Below, one piece after another: positions 46,694 to 56,748 of a stretch of 64,000 bases of DNA. The position numbers and the translations under genes were made by a program. The DNA comes from Candidatus Krumholzibacteriota bacterium (GTDB lineage: Bacteria > Krumholzibacteriota > Krumholzibacteriia > JAJRXK01), in NCBI GenBank assembly GCA_963764625.1, contig CAVXTH010000006.1:32001-96000 (forward strand), in the 5' to 3' direction. Each line of letters begins with the position of its first letter. Positions within the stretch are counted from its first letter, which is position 1. Under the pieces are notes generated by a model. The model was not told the origin of the DNA. It did no database searches and worked only from the letters and a program-made list of their open reading frames with translations.

Positions 46694-48001
46694 ATGCTGC
46701 CCCGGTTCAGGCCTTTGCGTATGCCGTGGCTCGGCGCTTTCCCGGGGTCTTCACACTTGCCCTCTTTCGTGCTCACCGACTTTCTCCCCCTGCTCGGTCT
46801 CTTGGGCCTCTCTGCTCTATTCAGCGGAGCGGAAACGGCCATCTTCAGCTTGCAAGAGATGGAATTGGACGAGATGGGGCAGTTGAAAGGCGCCCCGCGA
46901 GTGGCGGCATCCTTGGCCCGGCGTCCAAACCGCACGCTCATTACCCTGCTTCTCTCCAACATGGTGGTCAACGTGCTGCTGGCCACTCTCGCCACCGCGA
47001 CCGCTCTGCGAGCCATGGGTCCGATCGGATTGACGATCGCCATCCCCGTCGTCACCGTGGTGCTCCTGCTCTTGGGGGAGATCGTTCCCAAGACCATCGG
47101 ACTGCGAAGCAGCCGGCGCCTCGCCACCTCGGTCGCTCCGGTAATCGAGGTCTTGGCGCGTATCCTCTATCCGGTGCGGGTTCTGTTGGAACTCGTCACC
47201 TCGCGCTTCGGGGCTTCCAAACCCCCTTCGCGACTCACTCGTTCCGAGCTCTCCACCCTCTTGAGGATCGCCGGAGAGGAGGGCCTCTTCTCCTCCTTCG
47301 AGACCAAGGTGCTCTCGAGCGCGCTGCGACTCGGCGACACGCCCGTCGACCGGCTTCTACGACCTCGAGTCGAGGTGGTAGGAGTAGAGCGCAGCGCCAC
47401 CGTGGCCCAGGCGGTAGAGATCTTCGAGAAGAATGGTTTCAGCCGTCTCCCGGTATACGAGGACACCCTCGATCACGTGGTGGGAGTTCTTTACTTGAAG
47501 GACATCGTGACCGCACCACAACTGGCGCCAACCAGCAGTGTCGAGGACTTCATGCACGAGCCATTCTTCGTTCCCCAGAGCAAGCCGGCCGACGAGCTGT
47601 TCTCCGAATTCCAGTCGCTTCGGGTTCACTTTGCGGTGGTGGTGGGAGAGCACGGGGGAATGGAAGGCGTCGTCACCATGGAAGATTTGGCCGAGGAGCT
47701 GGTGGGGCAGATCAGGGACGAGAGCGACATCGAGAAAGTTCGCCTGGAAATCCTGGCTCACGACACATGGCGTGTCGATGCCGGAATCGAATTGGATGAG
47801 CTGGGAGAGGCGCTTGGCCACCCCATCGGCAAGGGACTCGACGCGGTCACTCTCGCCGGGCTATTGGGCGAAGCCCTGGGCAGAGTCCCTCAGGCGGGCG
47901 ACTTTCTGGAACGCGGCGGTTTCAGCTACCGGGTGCTCACCGCGCGTCCAAACCGGCCTCTCTTGGTGCGGGTGACCCGCAGTGGGAAGCGTGCACGATG
48001 A
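46694..48001 (+). CDS. CNNM/CorC hemolysin-family protein (start may be GTG 46769)
   Basis: FSGAETA, GEIVPK, CBS pair FSRLPVY, EDLAEELVG, CorC C-terminal domain. Confidence 0.9.
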   Translation: MLPRFRPLRMPWLGAFPGSSHLPSFVLTDFLPLLGLLGLSALFSGAETAIFSLQEMELDEMGQLKGAPRVAASLARRPNRTLITLLLSNMVVNVLLATLATATALRAMGPIGLTIAIPVVTVVLLLLGEIVPKTIGLRSSRRLATSVAPVIEVLARILYPVRVLLELVTSRFGASKPPSRLTRSELSTLLRIAGEEGLFSSFETKVLSSALRLGDTPVDRLLRPRVEVVGVERSATVAQAVEIFEKNGFSRLPVYEDTLDHVVGVLYLKDIVTAPQLAPTSSVEDFMHEPFFVPQSKPADELFSEFQSLRVHFAVVVGEHGGMEGVVTMEDLAEELVGQIRDESDIEKVRLEILAHDTWRVDAGIELDELGEALGHPIGKGLDAVTLAGLLGEALGRVPQAGDFLERGGFSYRVLTARPNRPLLVRVTRSGKRAR

Positions 48002-49011
48002 GCTGGGGCGTGAGTTGGATCTGGATGCTCGTGAGCGTAGCGGTGAACGGATTCTTCGCCGGTAGCGAGACCGCGTACACTACTGCCTCGCGCGTACGGG
48101 TTCTGGATCGCGCGCAGCGGGGACAGCGCGGGGGCGATCTCGCGGTGCGCCTGCTCAAGGATCGGGAGAGCGTCATCATCACCGCGCTCATCGCGAACAA
48201 CCTGGCGGTGGTGGTGGGTTCGGCCATCGCCGCCTCGGCATTCTTGGTCCGATTCGGGCCGCGGGGAGAAATCCTCGCGGCGACGACCATGGCCGCGCTC
48301 AACATCGTGTTCGGCGAGATCCTTCCCAAGTCCTACTTCCGTGCGCACGCGGAAACCGCCTGCTTGAAGGCCGCACCGCTCATTCTTTTCGCCGAGCGCA
48401 TACTCGCGCCAGTGCGACGGGCGAGTTCGATCCTCTCGCGGGGCATCCTGTGGATCCTCCGCATGCATCAGCTGCAGGCAGAGTTGACGCTCTCCCGCGA
48501 ACGGGTGCTGCGGACCTTCCAGAAGTCGGCCGCCCACGACGAGATCGACGAAGAGGAGAGGCGCTTCCTGAGCCGGACTATTGCGTCCTCCCGCACTCCT
48601 CTTGCGGCCCTTTGCGTTCCGGTCGAAAGGCTGCGTTGGCTGGCCGAAGACGCGAGCGTTGGGCAGGCCCTGGATCTGGTGCGGCGGCAGGGTCACAGTC
48701 GCTTGCCGGTGCGCGACGAGCAGGGAGGCGTACTGGGAATCGTGTTGTTCAAGGATCTTCTGCATCGGGCCGAGGGCGAACCCATTCTGCCATTGGTGCG
48801 GGAGGTCCTGCGTCTCGATGGGCGCATGCGCCTGGACGAGGGTATCATGGCCTTTACCAACTCCCGGGAGAGTCTCGGTGTGGTGATGGGAGATCAGGGT
48901 GAAGCGAAGGGCATCCTCACCCTCGAGGACCTACTCGAGCCGCTCGTGGGTGACATCGCCGATGAACACGATCCTCCGCCTGAACGCGGGTTCGAACTTG
49001 AGAGTGCGTAG
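47998..49011 (+). CDS. Second CNNM/CBS protein lacking the CorC C-terminal domain
   Basis: FAGSETA, GEILPK, HSRLPV, EDLLEPLVGDIADEHD. Confidence 0.88.
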   Translation: MSWGVSWIWMLVSVAVNGFFAGSETAYTTASRVRVLDRAQRGQRGGDLAVRLLKDRESVIITALIANNLAVVVGSAIAASAFLVRFGPRGEILAATTMAALNIVFGEILPKSYFRAHAETACLKAAPLILFAERILAPVRRASSILSRGILWILRMHQLQAELTLSRERVLRTFQKSAAHDEIDEEERRFLSRTIASSRTPLAALCVPVERLRWLAEDASVGQALDLVRRQGHSRLPVRDEQGGVLGIVLFKDLLHRAEGEPILPLVREVLRLDGRMRLDEGIMAFTNSRESLGVVMGDQGEAKGILTLEDLLEPLVGDIADEHDPPPERGFELESA

Positions 49012-49015
49012 ACCC

Positions 49016-50593
49016 ATGCACGGCGTCCCAAGTTCCGTACCTCGGCACGGGGTTTCGTGGTTGGGGATGGCCTGCGCGATGAGTCTCGTTCTGTTGTTCA
49101 CATCTTCCGCTCTCGGCGCCGACGAAATTGGTCCCATGCGTCTGGGTCTGCCCGGACTGTGGAACGCAATCACGAGTTCGGATTTCTCCGACGCTCCCTT
49201 GCGGTTTGGCCTCTACGCGGCGCATGGCAACATCGACGACGGGCACGGGTTCGTCGATCCCACCTTCCTCCCCGGAGTCACGAGCGAGGAGTTTCGGCTC
49301 CAGCTCGCGCTACGCGTCTCTCACCTCGCCATCCTGTCCGCCTCCTTTCCCTGGAGGCGTTACGCGATCGCGGAGGGAGGGAAGGCTCTTCCTCTCAGCG
49401 CCAGCGGCAAGGGAGACTTTCAAGCCAGCGCCTTCGTGCGCGCTCTAACTCTGGCTGATCACCATTTGAACACTGGTTTCTGGGGAAGCCTCCGAACACC
49501 CAGCGGAGATCTCGAGAAGGGACTGAGCACGGGCAAGACCGAGAGCGAAGTTGGCTTCGCAGCCACGCTGAAGATGTTTTCGCATTCGAACAAGCCGGAG
49601 ACGCGATTCACTCTGAACGTGGGCTACCGGATCAACAAGAACGAGGCGAACGGGTACGGCAATCTCACCGAGTCGTACGCCCGACCCGACTCCACTGGGG
49701 TCTTCGCGCCGCAGTATCCGGCGCTGGGGCCGGACGAATCCGCCAGCGATAACGATCAACTGCTTCTGCGCGCGGGGGTCGAAGTGCGAAGGGACTGGGC
49801 CCATCTCTTCCTGGAGTATTCGGCCGACTGGCTGGCCTGGTACCCGGATGCTTCCTACCGCGAGAGCGCGTCCTGGATCACGCCGGGAATCTATCTGGGC
49901 ACCCAGGGAAGCCTGGCGTTCAAGGCCTCCTGGGCCATCGGCTTGTGGACCGACGACGCAAGGACAAGCTACGTGCCACGCCTGCCGGATTGGATGATTA
50001 GCGCCGGGATCTCGTATCCCTTCTTCTTGGGGACCCGGGACCGAGACGGCGACGGGATTCCCGATCGCCGCGACGGCTGCATCGACACGCCCGAGGACAA
50101 GGACGGATTCCAGGACGAAGACGGTTGCCCCGACTACGACAACGATGGCGATGGAATTCCCGACCGTCTCGACCTCGCGCCCAACCAACCCGAGGACTAC
50201 GACGGCTTCGAGGATCAGGATGGTGTCCCCGATCTAGACAACGATGGTGATGGCATTCCCGATATTCGCGACGCCTGTCCCAATCAGCCCGAAGATTTCA
50301 ACGGCTTCCTCGACCTCGACGGGTGCCCTGACGGCGTGCTCGATCGCGACGGCGACGGAATTCCCGATTCGAGCGACGTCTGCCCGGATCAGCCCGAAGA
50401 CCTCGACGGATTCGAGGACGCCGATGGCTGCCCCGATCTGGACAACGATCTCGACGGTATCCCCGACACTCTGGATCAGTGCCCCCTGCAGCCCGAAGAC
50501 TACGACGGCGACCACGACGACGACGGTTGTCCCGATCCCCCCGTCACCCCCCCGAGCCGCCTTCGCGAGTCTCAAAAATCTTCCCCGCGCTGA
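49016..50593 (+). CDS. Outer-membrane beta-barrel-like protein with thrombospondin type 3 repeats
   Basis: Signal peptide, alternating beta strands ending AGISYPF, then Asp-rich DxDGDGIPD repeats. Confidence 0.78.
   Translation: MHGVPSSVPRHGVSWLGMACAMSLVLLFTSSALGADEIGPMRLGLPGLWNAITSSDFSDAPLRFGLYAAHGNIDDGHGFVDPTFLPGVTSEEFRLQLALRVSHLAILSASFPWRRYAIAEGGKALPLSASGKGDFQASAFVRALTLADHHLNTGFWGSLRTPSGDLEKGLSTGKTESEVGFAATLKMFSHSNKPETRFTLNVGYRINKNEANGYGNLTESYARPDSTGVFAPQYPALGPDESASDNDQLLLRAGVEVRRDWAHLFLEYSADWLAWYPDASYRESASWITPGIYLGTQGSLAFKASWAIGLWTDDARTSYVPRLPDWMISAGISYPFFLGTRDRDGDGIPDRRDGCIDTPEDKDGFQDEDGCPDYDNDGDGIPDRLDLAPNQPEDYDGFEDQDGVPDLDNDGDGIPDIRDACPNQPEDFNGFLDLDGCPDGVLDRDGDGIPDSSDVCPDQPEDLDGFEDADGCPDLDNDLDGIPDTLDQCPLQPEDYDGDHDDDGCPDPPVTPPSRLRESQKSSPR
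50039..50536 (+). repeat. Five ~33-aa TSP3-type Ca-binding repeat units
   Basis: DxDGDGIPDxxDxCPxxPEDxDGFxDxDGCPD x5. Confidence 0.9.
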
Positions 50594-50857
50594 GCGCGCT
50601 TCCTCCCGCTGCGGGGTTTGGCCCAGCCCGAACTCGACGAAATCGCGCGTGGGGCGGCGCATCTTGCCCGAATTGGTGGGATGTCACTTGGAATTGAGGG
50701 ATATCCCCCTCGTGCCCCAAACCGCCCTTTCAATCCCGTTTCTCCACCGAAGCGGCGAATTGGGCTCGCCGCTTGCTTGCTGGCCGGTGGATCCGGTGGA
50801 CTCGTTTCCCGGATCGAGTCTCCACCGCACCTCAGATTGGTAGGAGGATCTTGAACC

Positions 50858-51376
50858 ATGAGTAAGTTCAAGGAAGATTGGCGACGTCGTCGCCAGTACA
50901 TCGTGAACCCCCGGTATCAGCTGCAATTCGCGGCTGTTCTCGTGTTGCTCCAGGTCAACGTGGGAATTCTCTTCCTGGGCGTTCTCAGCCACAAATTTAC
51001 CGCGATGGCCGAAGACGCGGGCAGCCTGGAGATCTTCCTCGCGACCGATCTCTGGCGCGCGAGCCTGCCGGTGATGGCCTTGGCGTCGTTTGCGGCCTCA
51101 GTGGCCGTGGCCTGGCTGGGCATTCGGTATTCGAACCAGATCGTGGGCCCCATTCCCCGAATCACCCGTGCCATGCGTGAGCTGGCCGCTGGCAACACCA
51201 AGCAGCGTCTGGTGTTTCGCCCCGGTGACGTTCTGGAGGAACTCGCGGACGAGTTCAACTCGATGTGCGCGGCGCTCGACAAGGGCATCCCTTTGGGAGA
51301 GGGAAAGGTCGCGACGCCGGTGGCGGAGAGCCAGAACTCGGAATCGGAGAGCCAGGCGGAGCCGATACGCGCCTAA
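50858..51376 (+). CDS. Two-TM HAMP domain protein without output domain
   Basis: RRRQYIVNPRYQ start, two TM, IVGPIPRI..FRPGDVLEELADEFN. Confidence 0.8.
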   Translation: MSKFKEDWRRRRQYIVNPRYQLQFAAVLVLLQVNVGILFLGVLSHKFTAMAEDAGSLEIFLATDLWRASLPVMALASFAASVAVAWLGIRYSNQIVGPIPRITRAMRELAAGNTKQRLVFRPGDVLEELADEFNSMCAALDKGIPLGEGKVATPVAESQNSESESQAEPIRA

Positions 51377-51496
51377 GCCACGCGCGGAACGGATCTTTCC
51401 GCGAGAGGGGTCGGGCCATGTCGGGGAAGTGAGGGGTCTCATCGGAAAGCACCCTTCCGATTCCGGAGCTGTTGGCCATGCCGAGAGCATCCCGCG

Positions 51497-51512
51497 CGGC
51501 ACAGCTCCTGCA
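51497..51512 (+). promoter_or_regulatory. Putative sigma54 promoter of the minor pilin operon
   Basis: CGGCACAGCTCCTGCA = GG-N10-GC, about 40 nt before ATG. Confidence 0.6.
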
Positions 51513-51551
51513 TCTTTGCCCATGCCCGGTGTACTCAAACGAGGTCCTGTG

Positions 51552-51998
51552 ATGCTGCGAGTAAGTCAAAACAAGACGGCAGGTTACACCATGGTGGAAC
51601 TCATGGTGATCGTCGTCTTGATCGGTATCGCGATGGCTGCCGTCATTCCGAATTTCGCCGGCAGCCTGCGCAGAACTCGCTCCGAGCGGGCCGCGGCCGA
51701 GCTTCAATCCGACGTGCGTTGGGCCATTTCCAATGCGCGCGCCAACGGCCGGGCCCTCCGGCTGGTGTTTTCCGCTAACGGATATTCGCTTTGTGACTCG
51801 GCGGACAGCACTTTAGTCGTGCGGTCGCGAGACTACGGGAACGCGGCTCAGTTCAGCGCGAGCATCGATCCCATGATCTTCCCCTGGGGGATGGTTCAAC
51901 CCGCCGCCGTCCAACTGGACGGGGCGACGGGAGTACGCCAACTCAACCTGCTTCCCACGGGCAAGCTCAGGTATCAGTACGAGGAGGCACAGCCGTGA
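51552..51998 (+). CDS. FimT/GspH-like minor pilin
   Basis: Prepilin site AG^YTMVELM. Confidence 0.88.
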   Translation: MLRVSQNKTAGYTMVELMVIVVLIGIAMAAVIPNFAGSLRRTRSERAAAELQSDVRWAISNARANGRALRLVFSANGYSLCDSADSTLVVRSRDYGNAAQFSASIDPMIFPWGMVQPAAVQLDGATGVRQLNLLPTGKLRYQYEEAQP

Positions 51999-52384
51999 TC
52001 CGAGCGACGGCCAGTTCACAGGCGGGATTCAGCCTGGTGGAAGTCCTCATAGTCTTCATCATCGTCTCTCTCGCGGTGTTGCCTCTGGCGGGGGTGCAGC
52101 TCAGCTCCCGCCGTGCGGTGGATGAGGCACAGCGCTACGGCGAAGCGGTAGAGGTGGCGCAGACACAGCTCGAGAAGCTGCGCGTCGATGATTTTGGCGT
52201 CGTAGGAACCAATAATTTCGTGGTGAACCGATTCAACGTCCAGACCGACGTCCAGCCCCAGATCAATCCGAACACGGGGATCGCCTCGAGCACGCTCGAA
52301 ACTCTGCACGTGACCGTCAATTGGGTGGAAAAGGGAGATTCACTGTCGGTCGACCTCTCCGGCTTGAGGGCGGCACGACAATGA
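51995..52384 (+). CDS. PilV-like minor pilin
   Basis: AG^FSLVEVL; AQTQLEKLR; VTVNW. Confidence 0.85.
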   Translation: MIRATASSQAGFSLVEVLIVFIIVSLAVLPLAGVQLSSRRAVDEAQRYGEAVEVAQTQLEKLRVDDFGVVGTNNFVVNRFNVQTDVQPQINPNTGIASSTLETLHVTVNWVEKGDSLSVDLSGLRAARQ

Positions 52385-52974
52385 ACGAGATGCACCGGCA
52401 GTTCAGGATGGGGAGTGACGGGATCACCATGGTGGAGGTCCTGGTCGCCATCAGCCTGGGCGCGGTCGCCATGGCCGTGCTCTTCTCCATTTTCGTGAGT
52501 GGGCAAGGGGTCTACGTCCAGACGCGTGCCGAGACCGGAGCCAACGGAGACGCGCGCGCGGTTCTCGGGCTCTTGGCCAACGAAATCCGTTCGGCGGGAA
52601 GCGACGCGGCCGAGTTCGGAATCCCCGGCCAGGGATTCGTCCTCGCGTCGGCGGACACTCTGCATCTGATGAGCGATCTCAACGGTGACCGCACGATCAG
52701 CGTCACCGAGCCTCCGGAGGACGTGCTTTACGCGTATAACAGCGGCCAAGGCACGCTCACCCGAGACGCGGGAGCCGGTCCGGTGGTCATTCTCGATCAG
52801 ATCGACTCGATGACCATGCGTTATCTCCAAGATCAAGGACAGGTCATCACCCCTCAGGCCGACGGCCACGTCGACCCCGACCTGGTACGAGCGGTCGAGA
52901 TCGCGATCTCGGTACGGACTCCCAAGGGTTCACTCGAGAAGGTCAAGGGCGTCTTCACCAAACGCAACCGATGA
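52381..52974 (+). CDS. PilW-like minor pilin
   Basis: DG^ITMVEVL; EIRSAG; ends KRNR. Confidence 0.85.
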   Translation: MNEMHRQFRMGSDGITMVEVLVAISLGAVAMAVLFSIFVSGQGVYVQTRAETGANGDARAVLGLLANEIRSAGSDAAEFGIPGQGFVLASADTLHLMSDLNGDRTISVTEPPEDVLYAYNSGQGTLTRDAGAGPVVILDQIDSMTMRYLQDQGQVITPQADGHVDPDLVRAVEIAISVRTPKGSLEKVKGVFTKRNR

Positions 52975-53453
52975 GGACAAGAGCAATGAAGCGAACGAGT
53001 TCCATGAATCAGCTGCTCGATCGACACGGGATGGGACTGGTGGGCGTGATGCTCGCCTTGAGTCTGCTCGGCATTTTGGCCCTGGTGGCGGCACAACTCG
53101 CCAGTAACGAGAGACAGACCAGTTGGAACGAATGGGTACACGTCGGTTCGTTCCATTCGGCCGACTCCGGCGGAGAGGCCGCCATCGGCTGGTTGTTGGC
53201 GACGCGAGGCGCCCCTCCGTTGCCCAACCTCGCAGCCAACGACAGCACGGTGAACAGCCAGAGCAGCACCCAGCTCGAGGGTTCGCAACGCTATAGCTAC
53301 CAGATGAAATTCAACGGCCAGAAGTACAAAATCGGCCAGGGCACCAACTTCCCCGAACTCTACTTCAAGGTCGATGCCGCAGGGAAAGCCGGCGCGAAGG
53401 GAAACAGCAACATTGAACTCACGATGAGTAAGCGGGTCCAATTGGGCTACTGA
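52971..53453 (+). CDS. PilX-like minor pilin
   Basis: HG^MGLVG without Glu5; SFHSADSG. Confidence 0.8.
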   Translation: MRTRAMKRTSSMNQLLDRHGMGLVGVMLALSLLGILALVAAQLASNERQTSWNEWVHVGSFHSADSGGEAAIGWLLATRGAPPLPNLAANDSTVNSQSSTQLEGSQRYSYQMKFNGQKYKIGQGTNFPELYFKVDAAGKAGAKGNSNIELTMSKRVQLGY

Positions 53454-53477
53454 GCCCGGCTCGAGGAAGGAAGCTCG

Positions 53478-56234
53478 ATGTTTCGCCATTCTCTGAACCC
53501 ACGCCCAAAGTGGTTGATCGTGGCTGCGATCCTGAGTCTCGGCATCGTCCCCTCGTGGGCGATGGCCCAGTGCGACGTGCCATTGGAGGTGCAGCAGGGA
53601 AGCGTGCCACCCAACGTGCTGATCGTGCTCGACACCTCAGGTTCGATGAACACGATCATCACCCACGAAGACTATGATTACAAGATCACCTGGTCGGGCC
53701 CGTTCGACTCAAACGACAAGTATCGGGTCAGCAGCGCGGGGCTCAAGTCGCCCAGCAGTTTCAATTCGACTTGGGACACCTCGCCCACGGCGCCCCTGAC
53801 CCCCAGTGATCTAGGCAGAGATGGTCAGTACGACGGGAACTACCTGAACTGGGTTTTCTACCACGCGACCGATGCGCAGCGCGCGGCCCTGCCGCAGATC
53901 TCGAGGATTCACGCCGGACGTGCCGCCGTCAGCGCGGTCTTGCAGGCCGCTCCGGGACTCCGCTACGGTCTCATGACCTTCAATGGCGATACGGGTGGCG
54001 CGCTCCAGGCCCCCATTGGGAGTTCCGAGGCCACCATTAGCAGCATCGCGAACACGATCGACGCCGACGGCTACACGCCTTCCGCGGAGACCATGCTCGA
54101 TGCCCTGAAACACTTTCAGAACGACGGCTGGATTCAGTACGATTGCCAGCAAAATTTCATCGTCTTCATCACCGACGGTTATCCCACCCACGATCTCAAC
54201 ATTCCTTCCTGGGTCGGCGACCAAGACGGTGACGGACGGGAGCCGGGTAACTGCGCGAGCATCGGAGCCCCTGATGCAAACTCCAACAATTGCTCCGACT
54301 ATCTCGACGACGTCGCCTACTACATGGCACACAACGACATCGACAGCTCCCTGGATGGCGACCAGTTTATCTACACCTATACCATCGGGTTCGGGATCGA
54401 TGCGCCTCTCCTTGCCGACACTGCGATCAACGGGGAGGGTCTCTACCAGAGCGCGTGGAACCTGCAATCGCTCACCCAGAGCCTGGGTACGGTGGTCGGC
54501 GACATCGTGAATCGGATCTCGGCCGGCGCCGCGGTGGCCGTCACCTCCAGCGAGCAGACCGAGGGTCATACCCTTTTCCGCGGCAAGTTCATGCCGGGGG
54601 TTTGGCGCGGTTGGTTCGAAGCCCACGATTTGCCCTACAATCAGAACGCACCGGCGCGTTGGGAAGCGGGACAGCTCCTCGCCACGCGCAGCGCCGATTC
54701 CCGTACCATTTACACCGGAATCAACGGCAGCCTGGTGTCTTTCGACCAATCGAACACCGACGCTCTGGACAGCTACCTTTACGGCGGGATCTACAACGCG
54801 TCGGACAGCGCTCAGGACGCGATTCTGGCCAACCTGGTGAACTACATCCGGGGTGAAGACATTGCCGGAATGAGAGATCGCGGGGGCTGGAAGCTCGGCG
54901 ATCTCGTGCACTCGACTCCGGTGGTGGTGGGGCGCCCGGCCTACTTCTATCTCGATCCGGGCTACCAGCAGTTCCTCATCAACAACGAGAACCGCGAGCC
55001 GGTAGCCTATGTCGGCGCGAACGACGGAATGCTCCATGCCTTCCGGGTCAGCGACGGATACGAGCTCTGGGATTACATTCCACGGGTGGTCCTGCCCAAG
55101 CTGGATCAACTCGCCGATCCCGACTACTGCCACCAGGCCTATGTCGATCTGAGTCCGAAGGCCTACGACGTCAAGCTCAACGGAAGCTGGCATACGGTTC
55201 TCATCGGCGGCGAACGCACCGGCGGCGATAGCTGGTTCGCGCTCGACGTCACGAATCCCAATTCACCGCAATTGCTGTGGGAGACCTCGGTCCCCGAGAT
55301 CATCTCCTCGTTCTCCGAGCCACTCCTGATCCATACCAAGCACTTTGGCCCCCTGCTCTGGAGCGGCGGCGGCAAGGACGCCATGGGACGATCCCGCTTC
55401 GCGGTACTGAGTATGGAGACCGGCAATCTGGTGAAATGGGGCTACTACAGCGAGGGTGCGGCGGGGAATCTGGCCAGCCCGCCGGTGGCGGTGGACATGG
55501 ACTTCGATGGCTATGACGACTGGCTCTACCAGGGCGAACTGAGCGGCGATCTGTGGCGTTGGGACCTGGGATCGGCCACGCTAGATGCCGACAACCCCGT
55601 AGTCGTCTTCGAAGGGAACCAACCCATCCAGGCGCGGCCGGCGCTCTCGACCGACGTGAACGGCAAGGTGCTGATCTACTTCGGAACGGGTCAATACCTC
55701 GACAGCGGCGATCTACTCGACACGACTCAGCAGAGCCTCTATTGCGTTCGCGACGACCCCGCCGCGTCCACGACTTCCACGCGGAGCGACCTGCTGGACC
55801 AGACCTCCGCGATCTCCCTCACCGAGGGTGGTCCGGGCTGGTTCGTCGACCTCACCCAGCAGTCGGGCGAACGCATGACCCAGCCAGCTTTGGTCCTGGA
55901 CGGCGTGGTGTACGCGAGTTCCTTTGCTCCCAGCGACGAGCCTTGTTCGGCAGGCGGGCACAGTTGGCTGTACCGTCTTAACTACCGCAATGGCAGCAAT
56001 CCACGGGAAGGGCACGACGACACTTCCGATCGGGTCGAGGACATCGGCCAGGGCGTGGCCTCGCAGCCGGTGGCGGATCTCACCGAAGGGAACCTGATCG
56101 TCCAGACCAGTGACGCCCGGCTCAACGTGATGGCTCTCACCACGCGGTCGCCGCGAATCCAGGTACGCTCGTGGAAGGAAACCTTCCCGGCATCGCAAGG
56201 CGGGACCGATCCCACGAGTACGCAAACCCCTTGA
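53478..56234 (+). CDS. pilY1: PilY1/PilC type IV pilus adhesin (vWA + beta-propeller)
   Basis: PNVLIVLDTSGSM MIDAS, ITDG, KLGDLVHSTP, VGANDGMLHAF, YFGTG, GWFVDL..GER, RSWKE. Confidence 0.93.
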   Translation: MFRHSLNPRPKWLIVAAILSLGIVPSWAMAQCDVPLEVQQGSVPPNVLIVLDTSGSMNTIITHEDYDYKITWSGPFDSNDKYRVSSAGLKSPSSFNSTWDTSPTAPLTPSDLGRDGQYDGNYLNWVFYHATDAQRAALPQISRIHAGRAAVSAVLQAAPGLRYGLMTFNGDTGGALQAPIGSSEATISSIANTIDADGYTPSAETMLDALKHFQNDGWIQYDCQQNFIVFITDGYPTHDLNIPSWVGDQDGDGREPGNCASIGAPDANSNNCSDYLDDVAYYMAHNDIDSSLDGDQFIYTYTIGFGIDAPLLADTAINGEGLYQSAWNLQSLTQSLGTVVGDIVNRISAGAAVAVTSSEQTEGHTLFRGKFMPGVWRGWFEAHDLPYNQNAPARWEAGQLLATRSADSRTIYTGINGSLVSFDQSNTDALDSYLYGGIYNASDSAQDAILANLVNYIRGEDIAGMRDRGGWKLGDLVHSTPVVVGRPAYFYLDPGYQQFLINNENREPVAYVGANDGMLHAFRVSDGYELWDYIPRVVLPKLDQLADPDYCHQAYVDLSPKAYDVKLNGSWHTVLIGGERTGGDSWFALDVTNPNSPQLLWETSVPEIISSFSEPLLIHTKHFGPLLWSGGGKDAMGRSRFAVLSMETGNLVKWGYYSEGAAGNLASPPVAVDMDFDGYDDWLYQGELSGDLWRWDLGSATLDADNPVVVFEGNQPIQARPALSTDVNGKVLIYFGTGQYLDSGDLLDTTQQSLYCVRDDPAASTTSTRSDLLDQTSAISLTEGGPGWFVDLTQQSGERMTQPALVLDGVVYASSFAPSDEPCSAGGHSWLYRLNYRNGSNPREGHDDTSDRVEDIGQGVASQPVADLTEGNLIVQTSDARLNVMALTTRSPRIQVRSWKETFPASQGGTDPTSTQTP

Positions 56235-56253
56235 TCCAATAGGAGCTGAGACA

Positions 56254-56748
56254 ATGTGGAAGACTCTCGTAGTGGCAGCTCTCGGACTCCTCCTGTTCAC
56301 GGGGTCCAGCAGGGCCGAGAAAAAAATCGCCTACTCGACGGGACTGGACGGGAACGGCCCCGTGCAGCGCGAGCATCGTGCTCCGGTGGCGGCCCAGCAG
56401 TCCTTCAGCGCGCACAGCCCGCTGAAAGCGGTGCAAATTCATGGCGTACTGAACGCCAAGAGTAATGGTCGTCAGGTTGACATCGCCGGAGTGGGGGTGA
56501 CGGTGAGCCCGCAGTGCTCGATCTTTCCCGACTCGCATCCGGGCCGGCCTCACGATCTGAGCCAGTGGAACGGGAAGGAAGTGACGGTGTTCGGATTTGA
56601 GAGCTCTGGAGGAGTCGACGCGCGCCTGGTGATCCTGAACGACGCCGCGCGCATCAAGCTTCCCCGTGCAGCGGAAGAAAGTCTTCGCACCATTCCCAGT
56701 AACTCCGATCCGAGCGTAGGAGTGACACGACGTGATGCCCCGCAGTAG
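56254..56748 (+). CDS. Secreted hypothetical protein
   Basis: AGGAG RBS, signal peptide SRA-E, small beta-rich domain. Confidence 0.7.
   Translation: MWKTLVVAALGLLLFTGSSRAEKKIAYSTGLDGNGPVQREHRAPVAAQQSFSAHSPLKAVQIHGVLNAKSNGRQVDIAGVGVTVSPQCSIFPDSHPGRPHDLSQWNGKEVTVFGFESSGGVDARLVILNDAARIKLPRAAEESLRTIPSNSDPSVGVTRRDAPQ

Noticed and set aside
50039-50536. Regularly spaced repeats as a CRISPR array
   Set aside because: Degenerate at third codon positions and encode TSP3 repeats; no cas genes
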